Origin: Eubacteriales bacterium
GTDB lineage: Bacteria > Bacillota > Clostridia > Oscillospirales > CAG-272
Assembly (NCBI GenBank): GCA_045531455.1
Contig: JAZSEA010000112.1
Location: 16,196 to 80,195, forward strand
Direction of reading: 5' to 3'
Length of the DNA stretch: 64,000 bases
Part shown: piece after piece, positions 28,001 through 37,758 of the stretch
Layout: each line of letters starts with the position of its first letter
Numbering within the stretch: the first letter of the stretch is position 1
The notes under the pieces: generated by a model
Seen by the model: the letters and a program-made list of their open reading frames with translations, nothing else
Database searches by the model: none
Told to the model about the DNA's origin: nothing
Made by a program: the position numbers and the translations under genes

Positions 28001-28962
28001 TTTTTGCTACCTCTTTCGATAAAGTCAAATATTTTGCCCCAAAGCTCCACGTCCTGCTCGGTAATTTTGTGCCAATCCCAAGAGGTTCGGAATTTCTCGG
28101 CATCCTCGGGCGTTTTAAAGGAATTCGTCTTTATTCCCTCGGTCATCGCGTCGGTCATTTTCGTAAGCCCGGCAACGGCGTCTGCCGTATAATTCGGATT
28201 GTGCTTTTTGCCGTGAACGAGCATAAGCTCTATCTTTTCGTTGCCGACGAGCGAATCGTAATGGTATTTTTTCTTGACGGTAGGATCGTCGTCCGATGCT
28301 ATGTAGAGGATGCGCGCAGAGGTGTCCTTGAGGCTTCTGCGGGCGTCGATCAGCGAGTACATCGGGTTCGACTCGTGCTCGAGACGGAGCACCGACGGGC
28401 GGTAGAATTTGAGAATACCCGAGAAGAATTGCTCGATCATTCGCTCGACCGAGATAAAGCCCGATATAGAAACACAGGATTCGATGTCCTTGTGAAGTGC
28501 CGAGATATTGAGAGCGGCAAAACCGCCCCAGCTGTGACCGATGACGGAGAGGGCCGCGTTTTCGTAGCCTTCAACAGTACGAACGGCATTTACGGCGTAA
28601 TCAAGGTCGCAGAGCGACTGCGCAAAGCCGACGATGTTCTCGCCCTCGGATTCGCGGCAACCCGTGTGGTCGTAAGTGAAAACGGTGTATCCGCGTCGCG
28701 CGATAATCTCGATCTCATTCATATAGGCAACGTGACCGAAGCCCATTCCGTGATCGAAGATGATGAGTCTGTCCTTGCGCGGATTATCGTAATAGTAGAA
28801 ATAACCCTGCAATTTTTGTCCGTTGTTGCCGAGGAAGTCAAAGGGCGTGTGGAGAAGCCCCGGAAAATCCTCCGCAGAGAAATAAGAGAGCAGAGGACTG
28901 CCGTCCTGACGAATGCAGATATTTTTTTCGTAGATGCCTACGACAGTTTTCTCAAAAATCAT
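27997..28962 (-). CDS. Alpha/beta fold hydrolase
   Basis: HGMG, YDHTGC..SEG, GHSWGG. Confidence 0.88.
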   Translation of the reverse strand: MIFEKTVVGIYEKNICIRQDGSPLLSYFSAEDFPGLLHTPFDFLGNNGQKLQGYFYYYDNPRKDRLIIFDHGMGFGHVAYMNEIEIIARRGYTVFTYDHTGCRESEGENIVGFAQSLCDLDYAVNAVRTVEGYENAALSVIGHSWGGFAALNISALHKDIESCVSISGFISVERMIEQFFSGILKFYRPSVLRLEHESNPMYSLIDARRSLKDTSARILYIASDDDPTVKKKYHYDSLVGNEKIELMLVHGKKHNPNYTADAVAGLTKMTDAMTEGIKTNSFKTPEDAEKFRTSWDWHKITEQDVELWGKIFDFIERGSKK

Positions 28963-28965
28963 TCT

Positions 28966-29715
28966 TTACTCCAATTCAATTCCGACGGGGCAATGGTCGC
29001 TTCCCATTACCGATGTGAGGATGAAGCTGTCTTTAACACGCGGAAACAGACGATTAGATACCACAAAATAGTCGATACGCCAGCCTACGTTCTTTGCGCG
29101 CGCCGAGAACATATAGCTCCACCAGGAATACTCGATCTTATCGGGATAGAGCGAGCGGAAGGTATCCTTGAAACCGCTTTCGAGAAGCTCCGTGAACTTT
29201 CCGCGCTCTTCGTCCGAAAATCCCGCGCTCTGATGATTCGTCTTTGGATTTTTAAGATCTATTTCGTTGTGCGCAACGTTCAGATCACCGCAATATATGA
29301 CCGGTTTCTTTTCGTCAAGAGATTTGATATATCCGCGCAGAGCGTCCTCCCAAGCCATTCTGTAATCAAGCCGCGCAAGCTCGCGCTGTGCGTTTGGAGT
29401 ATAGACGCAGAGAAGGTAGAAATCATCGTATTCAAGCGTGATGGCGCGTCCCTCTGTGTCGTGCTCGGGGATTCCAATGCCGTATGAAACCGAAATCGGT
29501 TCGTGCTTTGTGAAAATTGCAGTACCCGAGTAGCCTTTCTTTTCCGCGCTGTACCAATACTGATGGTATCCTTCGGGTTCAAATGCAGCTTGTCCCGGCT
29601 GCATCTTCGTTTCCTGAATGCAGACAAAGTCAGCGTTCTGATCGTCGAAAAACTCGCGGAATCCCTTGTCTAGACACGCGCGAAAACCGTTTACGTTCCA
29701 AGATATGAATTTCAT
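28966..29715 (-). CDS. xth: Exodeoxyribonuclease III
   Basis: ISWNVNG, IQETK, YTPN, GDLNVAH, GWRIDYF, GSDHCP. Confidence 0.97.
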   Translation of the reverse strand: MKFISWNVNGFRACLDKGFREFFDDQNADFVCIQETKMQPGQAAFEPEGYHQYWYSAEKKGYSGTAIFTKHEPISVSYGIGIPEHDTEGRAITLEYDDFYLLCVYTPNAQRELARLDYRMAWEDALRGYIKSLDEKKPVIYCGDLNVAHNEIDLKNPKTNHQSAGFSDEERGKFTELLESGFKDTFRSLYPDKIEYSWWSYMFSARAKNVGWRIDYFVVSNRLFPRVKDSFILTSVMGSDHCPVGIELE

Positions 29716-30194
29716 TTTGTTGCCTCCAAATATTCACGGAGCGCGGTATATTCGCGCAGATACGAACCCCTTGTCTCCTCGCGTTCAAATTCATCGTGGC
29801 GCGACCAGAGATCGAGGATGAATCCAATGTCGATCCATTCGGGGACAAGTCCTCGGCTGACCTCTTCTTTTGTAAGATGCGTTTCCGCTTCTCCGACGAC
29901 TTCGCAGATATAATAGTGTGTGATATATTTCCAATCCTCGTAGTACTCGTTGACGGTGATAATGCGATCTTTGACTTTTACGAGAATACCCGTTTCCTCG
30001 CATACTTCGCGAGCACAGCATTCCTCGAGCGTTTCGCCACACTCGATCCCTCCGCCGGGAGAGAAGAACTGCTTGTCAACGATTTCGTGGCAAATCAATA
30101 TTTTATCGTTTTTAACCACAAAACCTCGGCAAGCAACGCGACTTCTTTTGACTTCCGGCAATTGGTTTTTTCCGAATATATCAACTGTTTTCAT
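29712..30194 (-). CDS. NUDIX hydrolase
   Basis: PGGGIECGETLEECCAREVCEETG Nudix box; start reassigned to ATG 30194 (TAATG overlap with cupin stop). Confidence 0.88.
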   Translation of the reverse strand: MKTVDIFGKNQLPEVKRSRVACRGFVVKNDKILICHEIVDKQFFSPGGGIECGETLEECCAREVCEETGILVKVKDRIITVNEYYEDWKYITHYYICEVVGEAETHLTKEEVSRGLVPEWIDIGFILDLWSRHDEFEREETRGSYLREYTALREYLEATK

Positions 30195-30520
30195 TATTGC
30201 TGAGGTACTACCGCAAAGAAGACAAGATCCTTCTTGCCGCGGTTGATGAAGCAATGCTCGTGACCCTTGGGGCAGTAGTGACATTCGCCCGCGGAGACCT
30301 TCTCCTCGTTTCCGTCAAGAACAGCGGTTCCGACACCCTCGAGGACGTAGATGATCTCGCAGGAATCCTCGTGGCAATGCATACCGATCGAGGCGCCGGG
30401 AGCGAGAGTCAGGCGCATGATCTTGTTTTTATCGTCAACGAACATATGCGCGGCGGTAACGCCCTCGCCGCCCTTGAAATTGGGCATAAGCTTTTCGGGA
30501 ATATTATTGAAATTGATCAT
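30194..30520 (-). CDS. Cupin domain protein
   Basis: GMHCH..CEIIYVLEG..PKGHEH. Confidence 0.9.
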   Translation of the reverse strand: MINFNNIPEKLMPNFKGGEGVTAAHMFVDDKNKIMRLTLAPGASIGMHCHEDSCEIIYVLEGVGTAVLDGNEEKVSAGECHYCPKGHEHCFINRGKKDLVFFAVVPQQ

Positions 30521-30541
30521 TTTTCTGTCTCCTTAAAAATA

Positions 30542-31873
30542 TTAAAAATACTTGTATTTGTTTCGTTTTGCAACCAGGAAGATTATCCATACTACGACTG
30601 CCATCGCCTCCGCCGCAACTAGCGACCACCATATGCCGTCGAGCCCGAAGATTATCGGCAGGATGAGAACCGCCGCGATCTGGAAGACCAGAGTTCTGAG
30701 GAAGGATATTGCCGCAGAGGTCAAGCCGTCGTTGAGAGCAGTGAAGAATCCCGATCCGAATATCGCAAAGCCCATAAAGAGGAATGAAAGCGAGAAGATG
30801 AAGAATCCGTTTCTCGTCATCTCAAAGAGTGTTTCGTCATATCCGACAAACAGTTTTGATAGAGGAGATGCCAGAATGAACGCGAGTGCGACCATACAAA
30901 CCGAAAAGCCCGAGACGATCACGACGCTCTTCTTGAGCAGACTCCTCAGTTCGTTCGTGTTTGCCGCACCGTAATGATATCCGATGACGGGCGCAACTCC
31001 GACTGTGTATCCGATAAATGCACCGCAGAAGATCATACTGACGTACATCATAACTCCGTAAGCCGCAACGCCGTTCTCACCCGCAATATCGTAAAGCTGT
31101 GTGTTGTAAAGCATACCGACAACGGACATCGAGATGTTGCTCATAAGCTCGGATGCGCCGTTTGTGCAGGTACGGAAGAGTGCGTGGCAGTCAAACTCGG
31201 TCTTGCCGAGACGGAGAAGACTCGAATTCTTGCTTGCAAAATAGATAAGCGGAACGAATCCGCCGATGCTCTGGCTTATCGCGGTAGCGGTAGCCGCACC
31301 GACGAGCCCGAGAGGGAATACTCCGACGAGAAGAAAGTCGAGTACCATATTGGCAACTCCCGCGGCAACCGTCACGAAAAATCCGAGCTGAGGCTTTTCA
31401 GCGGTAACGAAGAAGCTCTGAAACTCCATCTGCAGAATGAACGCGGGAAGTGCGATCAGGATTATTCTGCCGTAAAGGACAGAAGCCTCGAGCATCTGAC
31501 TCTCCGCGCCGAGGAAGGAGGCGATAGGTCTGATAAATATTATACCCAGGATCGCAATTGCCGAGCCGAGGATCAGCGAGGTGTATATCAGAAGCGAAAA
31601 AATTCGGTTTGCTTTATCCTTATCACCCTCGCCCATCTTGAGTGAGACGAGCGCGCTGCCTCCCGTTCCGAACATAAATCCGACAGTACCGAGGATCATA
31701 AGGAAGGGCATTATGAAATTTACCGCGGCAAACGGTGTTTTGCCGACGAAATTTGAAACGAAAAATCCGTCGACAACGCCGTAGATCGAGGAAAAGATCA
31801 TCATAGCGATCGATGAAAGCGTAAAACGCAAAAGCTTGCCGTAGCTGAAATTGTCTGAAAGGCTGATCTTCAT
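30542..31873 (-). CDS. MATE family efflux transporter
   Basis: 12-TM pattern, SIYGVVDGFFV, N..LD, GAATAT, IGYHYGA. Confidence 0.93.
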   Translation of the reverse strand: MKISLSDNFSYGKLLRFTLSSIAMMIFSSIYGVVDGFFVSNFVGKTPFAAVNFIMPFLMILGTVGFMFGTGGSALVSLKMGEGDKDKANRIFSLLIYTSLILGSAIAILGIIFIRPIASFLGAESQMLEASVLYGRIILIALPAFILQMEFQSFFVTAEKPQLGFFVTVAAGVANMVLDFLLVGVFPLGLVGAATATAISQSIGGFVPLIYFASKNSSLLRLGKTEFDCHALFRTCTNGASELMSNISMSVVGMLYNTQLYDIAGENGVAAYGVMMYVSMIFCGAFIGYTVGVAPVIGYHYGAANTNELRSLLKKSVVIVSGFSVCMVALAFILASPLSKLFVGYDETLFEMTRNGFFIFSLSFLFMGFAIFGSGFFTALNDGLTSAAISFLRTLVFQIAAVLILPIIFGLDGIWWSLVAAEAMAVVVWIIFLVAKRNKYKYF

Positions 31874-31902
31874 AAAGATTGCTCCAAAGTTTTAGAAAAA
31901 TC

Positions 31903-31955
31903 TTGACAAATTGAAATTATAATGATATTATATACTTAATAAAGCCAAAAGTCAA
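31903..31955. promoter_or_regulatory. Overlapping divergent sigmaA promoters (aldo/keto reductase and MATE)
   Basis: Plus strand TTGACA(31903)-N17-TATTAT; minus strand TTGACT(31955)-N17-TATAAT. Confidence 0.6.
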
Positions 31956-31985
31956 GACTTTTGGGATAGATTGAAGGAGTTTGAT

Positions 31986-33116
31986 ATGATCTACAAGGAT
32001 TTTCAAGGTAAAAAGCTTTCTGCACTCGGTATGGGATGTATGAGACTTCCCACGTACGGAGAGGATAAGACCATCGATGAGGCGAAGACCGCCGAGATGT
32101 TTGATTACGCCATTAAAAACGGAATAAATTATTTTGATACCGCCTGGGGCTACCACGACGGAAAGAGCGAACTCGTCGTCGGCAAGGTGCTCGAGAATTA
32201 TCCCCGTGAGAGCTTCTATCTCGCGTCGAAATTCCCCGGATACGCGCAGGCAAACTGGGGCCGCGCCGAGGAGATCTTCGCAAAGCAGCTCGCGAAATGC
32301 CGCGTTGATTACTTTGATTTTTATCTCATCCATAACGTCACCGAGTCGAACATCGACGCATATCTTGACGATAATTACGGCGACGTAATGTACTTTGTCA
32401 AGATGAAGGAGGAGGGCAAGATCAAGCACCTCGGCTTCTCGACCCACGGTACACTCGAGACGATGCACCGCTTCCTCGATAAGTACTCGCGGTATATGGA
32501 ATTCTGCCAGATCCAGCTCAACTGGCTCGATTACAGCTTCCAGAACGCGAAGGCAAAGATCGAGATGATGAAGGAATACGGCAATATTCCCGTTTGGGTA
32601 ATGGAGCCTGTACGCGGCGGTAAGCTTGCGGTCCTCGAGGATGCTTACGCAAAGAAACTGACCGCTCTCCGTCCCGACGAAAGTATCCCTGCCTGGGCTT
32701 TCAGATTCCTTCAGACGATCCCCGAGGTTTGCGTGACTCTCTCGGGTATGTCGAATTTCGATCAGGTCAAGGAGAATATCGAGACCTATTCCGAGGCAAA
32801 GCCCGTCAATAAGGAGGAATGGGAAACACTTATGTCGATCGCGGACAGTATGGTCGGCAAGAAGACTCTTCATTGCACGGGCTGCAGCTATTGCACCACG
32901 CATTGCCCGATGAGCCTCGATATTCCGCGCATCATCGAGCTCTATAACGAGCACGTTTATTCGGACGGCGGATTTATCGCTCCCATGGCACTTTCCGCGT
33001 TCCCCGAGGATAAGCTCCCCTCTGCTTGCATCGGGTGCAGGTCCTGCGAGGAGGTCTGCCCGCAGAATATCGAGATCTCCGAGATGATGAGCGATTTCTC
33101 GGAAAAGCTCAAGTGA
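31986..33116 (+). CDS. Aldo/keto reductase with C-terminal 4Fe-4S dicluster
   Basis: LGMGCMRLP, NYFDTAWGYH, GFSTHG, MEPVRGG, CTGCSYC..CP and CIGCRSCEEVCPQ; start at ATG 31986 after AAGGAG. Confidence 0.93.
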   Translation: MIYKDFQGKKLSALGMGCMRLPTYGEDKTIDEAKTAEMFDYAIKNGINYFDTAWGYHDGKSELVVGKVLENYPRESFYLASKFPGYAQANWGRAEEIFAKQLAKCRVDYFDFYLIHNVTESNIDAYLDDNYGDVMYFVKMKEEGKIKHLGFSTHGTLETMHRFLDKYSRYMEFCQIQLNWLDYSFQNAKAKIEMMKEYGNIPVWVMEPVRGGKLAVLEDAYAKKLTALRPDESIPAWAFRFLQTIPEVCVTLSGMSNFDQVKENIETYSEAKPVNKEEWETLMSIADSMVGKKTLHCTGCSYCTTHCPMSLDIPRIIELYNEHVYSDGGFIAPMALSAFPEDKLPSACIGCRSCEEVCPQNIEISEMMSDFSEKLK

Positions 33117-33122
33117 TCGGAG

Positions 33123-33605
33123 ACGAGCAAAAGATCAAGCGGAGTCCTGATGCACGTCGCCTCGCTTTGGGGAGAGCATTCCGAGGGCTCTTTCGGAGCG
33201 GCGGCGAGGTAATGGATAGATTTCCTTGCCGACTGCGGCTTCACATATTGGCAGACTCTGCCTTTTTGCCTTCCCGATGAGGCAAATTCACCCTATTAAT
33301 CCTTCAGCGCGTTCAGCGGAAATCCCTTTTTTATCGATCTTCCGATGCTTTGTGACGTAGGACTCATTACGCGCTCCGAGCTCGACGAAAGCTATGATTA
33401 CCTTATTCGCACGATGTACGCAAGCCACGCGGACATCTTCATTATGCCTGTTCAGGATCTGCTCCTCTACGGCTCGGATACGAGGATCAATAAGCCCGGA
33501 ATCGCAGAGGGCAACCGGTCCTACCGCGTAACACGTGAACAATTTTGGCGAATAAACAGAGAAAAATTCAAGTATCTCAATTATCTTTACGGAAGAACGA
33601 GATGA
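33123..33605 (+). pseudogene. malQ: 4-alpha-glucanotransferase (GH77) remnant
   Basis: In one frame RSSGVLMHVASL..*..WQTLP..SPY*SFSAFSGNPFFIDL joined directly to the C-terminal PVQDLL..G..RINKPG..GN; TAA at 33210 and 33297; catalytic middle missing. Confidence 0.82.
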
Positions 33606-33643
33606 TCTTTTTTTGATCTCATCGACAATATTTTTTCTCCTCG

Positions 33644-33672
33644 GTATAAAATCTCAAATACGGCAAACACTA
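33644..33672 (+). promoter_or_regulatory. SigmaG-like forespore promoter of spoVT
   Basis: GTATA-N17-AACACTA resembles the sigmaG consensus; spoVT is sigmaG-dependent in Bacillus. Confidence 0.5.
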
Positions 33673-33725
33673 TGAGAGCAAAATGATTTGCAATCCACAG
33701 GTTTGAATTCAAGGAGATTATATAT

Positions 33726-34286
33726 ATGAAAGCCACAGGAATTGTCAGAAGGATCGACGACCTCGGACGTGTCGTCATCCCCAAGGAGATCAGAAGAACG
33801 ATGCGCATCCGCGAGGGAGATCCTCTCGAGATCTACACCGACCGCGAGGGCGAGGTCATCTTCAAGAAGTATTCGCCGATCGGCGAGCTCAATGCCTTTG
33901 CCGCTCAGTATGCAGAGACCCTGCACAAGACGGGCGAGATCAGCGTTCTGATCTGCGACCGCGATGTCGTTATCGCGGTATCGGGAGCTTCCAAGAAGGA
34001 ATATGCCGATAAGCATATCTCGCCCGAGCTTGAGCACGTGATCGAGACCCGTCAGCTTTATCACCACCGCGACGGAGAGGTGAAGCTCGAGCCGATCAAT
34101 GATAATTGCTCGCATTATATCAGATGCGCAATGCCCATCATCGCCGAGGGCGATATCCTCGGATGCGTTGTCTCACTCGACTCGATCGAGTCGCCCGCGC
34201 CGAGAGCAAACGACCACGAAAAGAACGTCGAGGTCAAGCTCATCCAGACAGCCGCCGCATTCCTCGGGAAACAGCTCGAATCTTAA
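33726..34286 (+). CDS. spoVT: Stage V sporulation protein T
   Basis: MKATGIVRRIDDLGRVVIPKEIRRTMRIREGDPLEI AbrB domain plus GAF-like C-terminus ending AAAFLGKQLE. Confidence 0.96.
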   Translation: MKATGIVRRIDDLGRVVIPKEIRRTMRIREGDPLEIYTDREGEVIFKKYSPIGELNAFAAQYAETLHKTGEISVLICDRDVVIAVSGASKKEYADKHISPELEHVIETRQLYHHRDGEVKLEPINDNCSHYIRCAMPIIAEGDILGCVVSLDSIESPAPRANDHEKNVEVKLIQTAAAFLGKQLES

Positions 34287-34291
34287 TATTT

Positions 34292-34323
34292 TGCCGATGC
34301 CACGGTGGCATCGGCATTTTTTT
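34292..34323 (+). terminator. Intrinsic terminator
   Basis: TGCCGATGCCA-CGG-TGGCATCGGCA followed by a T-tract. Confidence 0.85.
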
Positions 34324-34324
34324 G

Positions 34325-34353
34325 TTGACAAGTGCGGTTTTATATGATAAAAT
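34325..34353 (+). promoter_or_regulatory. SigmaA promoter
   Basis: TTGACA-N17-TAAAAT with TG extension. Confidence 0.7.
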
Positions 34354-34385
34354 TAACTCATCAAGCTTCTTTGGAGGTTACCGTT

Positions 34386-36728
34386 ATGTTTGATTGGCGC
34401 AAATTAATCGCATTATTATTGATCCTTTCAACCTGTCTTTCTCTTGTTGCCTGCACGGGCGGCGGAGGAGAAGAGGAAGGATCGTCATCCGAAACGCTCG
34501 AGGCAAGCGACTCCGAGCCTGAAACCGTCGAGCCCGAGCCCGAACCGGTTGAGATGATCGAGCTTGTCGAGAACGGCGAGATGACTTATATGATCGTCCG
34601 ACCCGATAACGCTTCAACCGTGAACGTCAGGGCTGCCATTATGATAAACAACGCCGCAAAGGCGGGCGGAATAAAGTCAAAGATCACCGACTGGGGTGAG
34701 AAGACCGAAGCTAAGGAGATCCTTGTCGGTGAGACGAAATTCTTCCCCGAGGGTGCGCTTGAGGGCATCGATACCTCCCGACTCGGACCTAACGGCTTCG
34801 TCATCAAGACCTTTGGCGAGCGTATCATCATCGTAGCCAACAACGACAAGGCTCTTGTCGAGGCGGCAGAGTATTTCATTGAAAATCATCTTGATATTGC
34901 AGGGGGAAAAACTTCTATGCCCAAGGATTACTGTTATATTAAAAGCAACGGACTCTTCCTTTCCGAGCTCACCCTCGGAGGAGTTGACATTTCCGAATAC
35001 GCACTTGCCTGCGACGCGGGATTCGAGGAAGCTCTCGGCTACGTAAAAGAGCTCGTTGGCGACAAATGCGGAGCTGCTCTTAACGATTCGGGAGAGAAGA
35101 AGATCCTTCTGACCGCCTCGGGTGCAGAGGGCGATATGATCTCGGCAAAATTTGTTGACGGAAACCTCATTATCACCGCAAAGGATGCCGAGGCAATGAA
35201 GAAGGCTGTCGTTTGCTTCTGGTATGAGAATATCGGCTATTCTATCGGTACTTTCGATCTCCCCGCGGATCTCAATTACAGCCGCGACCTTGCAAAGACA
35301 GTCTTCTACAGCGATTTTGACGTTGTTACGGGTGATTCCGTCTGTTGCTTCGACGGACTGATCGCGGCGCATAACTATGCCAACGAAAAGGGATACAAGG
35401 TCTTTGCCGACTACGGTGCGAAGTATTACGTAGCGTCTACGGGCAAGACCGTAACTATCAAGACTGACGTTGAATGGGGCAATGCCGAGATCATCATCGA
35501 TGACTCGGGCGTTACACCCGACAAGCGCGGAAACTGGATATTCAGCATCCCCGGAAGCTACTCGACTTATAAGATCGACAATCTTCCTCTGCTCAAGCGC
35601 GATATGACGAACATCGGCATCAAGCTTCCGCAGACGAGCATCATCACCGCGTATGACTCGAATACGACTCATTATATCCGTTACGGAGGCAATGCCGATA
35701 ACGGTCAGACGATGGTTGACAATATCGTTGTCGATAAGAACGGAAATATCGATCCTGACGCTCCCGTAATGTGGAATTTCACTGCAATGACCTCGGTAGT
35801 TGTCCGTCCGATCGACGAGGAGACTTTGACGGTCAGCGGCGGCATCGTCACCACCATTGCAAACAAGGCGCCCTCCGAATATACTTATTACGCACGCGGA
35901 ATCGCAGTTTCCCGCTCTAATACCGTTATCGACGGCGTCACCCACCTGATCACGGGTGAGGGCGGAACGGGCGCACCCTATAACGGCTTCGTTTCGATCA
36001 ACAACTGCGCTTACGTGACAGTCCGCAACTGCGTTTTCACGGGTCACAAGACATATCAGAGCCCGACCACGGCAATGGGCTCTTACGACATCGGAATGGG
36101 CAATTCGATCTCCGTTTCCTTTATCAACTGCAGTCAGGCAAACGACATCAACGACTCGAGATACTGGGGCGTTTCGGGAACGAATTACTGCAAGAATTTC
36201 GTATACGACGGTTGCGTTCTTTCGAGATTCGACGCGCATAAGGGCGTTGCCAACGGCGCGATCAAGAATTCCGTCATCGGGCACGCGGGCGCATCTATCA
36301 TCGGCTACGGCACCTTCCTGATCGAGAATTCCACATTTATGACCACCAAGATGATCAACCTCCGCTCCGACTACGGAAGCTCCTGGGAGGGCGATATCAT
36401 CATCCGTAATTCCACTCTTTCGCCTGCGTCCTCTTCTGCAAACGCATACGTTTTCGGCGGAAGCAACAAGTCGAATCATAATTTTGGATACGTCTGCTAT
36501 ATGCCGAAAAACGTAATCATTGATGGACTCATAGCCGACACGACGGGCAGCGTCTACGTCTTTGCCGATCTCAATTCGGATTGCAAGAGCGCAAATTACG
36601 TTCAGCAATATCCTTACGTAGTGACCGAAAAGGTCAGCGTCAAGAATTACTCGGGCAGCTCAAAGGCTGAACTTCAGCTCAGTCCGAATAAATATCTCTT
36701 CGCAAAGACGGAATTTACAGTTGAATAA
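34386..36728 (+). CDS. Lipoprotein with C-terminal right-handed beta-helix (pectin lyase-like) domain
   Basis: Lipobox LVAC; start at ATG 34386 after GGAGG; repeated V.NC.F / I.NS beta-helix rungs. Confidence 0.72.
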   Translation: MFDWRKLIALLLILSTCLSLVACTGGGGEEEGSSSETLEASDSEPETVEPEPEPVEMIELVENGEMTYMIVRPDNASTVNVRAAIMINNAAKAGGIKSKITDWGEKTEAKEILVGETKFFPEGALEGIDTSRLGPNGFVIKTFGERIIIVANNDKALVEAAEYFIENHLDIAGGKTSMPKDYCYIKSNGLFLSELTLGGVDISEYALACDAGFEEALGYVKELVGDKCGAALNDSGEKKILLTASGAEGDMISAKFVDGNLIITAKDAEAMKKAVVCFWYENIGYSIGTFDLPADLNYSRDLAKTVFYSDFDVVTGDSVCCFDGLIAAHNYANEKGYKVFADYGAKYYVASTGKTVTIKTDVEWGNAEIIIDDSGVTPDKRGNWIFSIPGSYSTYKIDNLPLLKRDMTNIGIKLPQTSIITAYDSNTTHYIRYGGNADNGQTMVDNIVVDKNGNIDPDAPVMWNFTAMTSVVVRPIDEETLTVSGGIVTTIANKAPSEYTYYARGIAVSRSNTVIDGVTHLITGEGGTGAPYNGFVSINNCAYVTVRNCVFTGHKTYQSPTTAMGSYDIGMGNSISVSFINCSQANDINDSRYWGVSGTNYCKNFVYDGCVLSRFDAHKGVANGAIKNSVIGHAGASIIGYGTFLIENSTFMTTKMINLRSDYGSSWEGDIIIRNSTLSPASSSANAYVFGGSNKSNHNFGYVCYMPKNVIIDGLIADTTGSVYVFADLNSDCKSANYVQQYPYVVTEKVSVKNYSGSSKAELQLSPNKYLFAKTEFTVE

Positions 36729-36738
36729 CAGCTTTTTT

Positions 36739-36771
36739 AAGCCGACTCCCCGTGAGTCGGCTTATTTTTTT
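36739..36771 (+). terminator. Intrinsic terminator
   Basis: AAGCCGACTC-CCCGT-GAGTCGGCTT followed by a T-tract. Confidence 0.8.
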
Positions 36772-36854
36772 GCCGAAGTTACAAAAAGGTCTTGATTTAT
36801 CTTCAAGTTTATATTATAATAATTATAACTGTAATATAATGCGAGGATTATGCC

Positions 36855-37748
36855 ATGCAGATAAATAAAGTCAGAAAAGCCGTTATACCCGCCGCGGGTC
36901 TCGGAACGCGTATGCTTCCGATCGCACGTGCCGTGCCTAAGGAGATCTTGCCGATAGTAGACCGACCCGCGATCTCGTATCTCGTCGAGGAAGCGGCAAA
37001 ATCGGGTATCACCGACGTGCTCATCATAACGGGCAGAAACAAGGACGCGATCGAGGATTATTTCGATTATTCGCCCGAGTATGAAGCTCATTTTACCGCC
37101 AAGGGCAGAGAAGAAGAGATCGAGGCGATCAGAAAGACAGCGGAGCCCCTCGGTGTCCGCGTTTATTTCCTGCGCCAGAAGATCACGCGCGGTCTCGGAC
37201 ACGCGATCGGATGCGCGCGCAATTTCGTCGGGGACGAGCCCTTTGCCATCCTTTACGGCGACGATATCATCTTCTCGGAGAAGCCCGTCGTGGCGCAGAT
37301 GATCGAGACCTATGAGAAATACGGCAGATCTGTCTGCGGAGTCAAGGAGGTTTCGACCGAGCTTGTCAAGAAGTATTGCTCGCTTAAGACCCACCCGATC
37401 GAGGGAAGTGACACGGAATTTTTCGTTGACGATATGATCGAAAAGCCCAAGACCGACGCCGAGATCTTCTCGAATTACTCGATCCTCGGACGAGTTCTCG
37501 TCACACCCGATATTTTCGATATTATCGACAATACACCTCCCGGTGCGGGCGGTGAGATCCAGCTTACCGACGCTATTGCGACTCTCGCGCGCCGCGAGGG
37601 AGTAACCGCTCTCGATTTCGAGGGCAAACGCTTTGACCTCGGCTCAAAGCTCGGATTCCTTGAGGCAAACGTCACCGAGGCGTTGAAGCACCCCGAGGTT
37701 GCCGACGACTTCAGGAGCTTCCTGATCGATCTTGTAAAAAATTTGTGA
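36855..37748 (+). CDS. galU: UTP--glucose-1-phosphate uridylyltransferase
   Basis: KAVIPAAGLGTRMLP..PKEILP, GLGHAI, EKP, GGEIQLTDAI. Confidence 0.95.
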   Translation: MQINKVRKAVIPAAGLGTRMLPIARAVPKEILPIVDRPAISYLVEEAAKSGITDVLIITGRNKDAIEDYFDYSPEYEAHFTAKGREEEIEAIRKTAEPLGVRVYFLRQKITRGLGHAIGCARNFVGDEPFAILYGDDIIFSEKPVVAQMIETYEKYGRSVCGVKEVSTELVKKYCSLKTHPIEGSDTEFFVDDMIEKPKTDAEIFSNYSILGRVLVTPDIFDIIDNTPPGAGGEIQLTDAIATLARREGVTALDFEGKRFDLGSKLGFLEANVTEALKHPEVADDFRSFLIDLVKNL

Positions 37749-37758
37749 GGATATAAAA

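Noticed and set aside
33210-33299. Stop-codon recoding in malQ
   Set aside because: TAA terminates many intact genes in this window and the gene also lacks its central catalytic region, so decay is the simpler explanation
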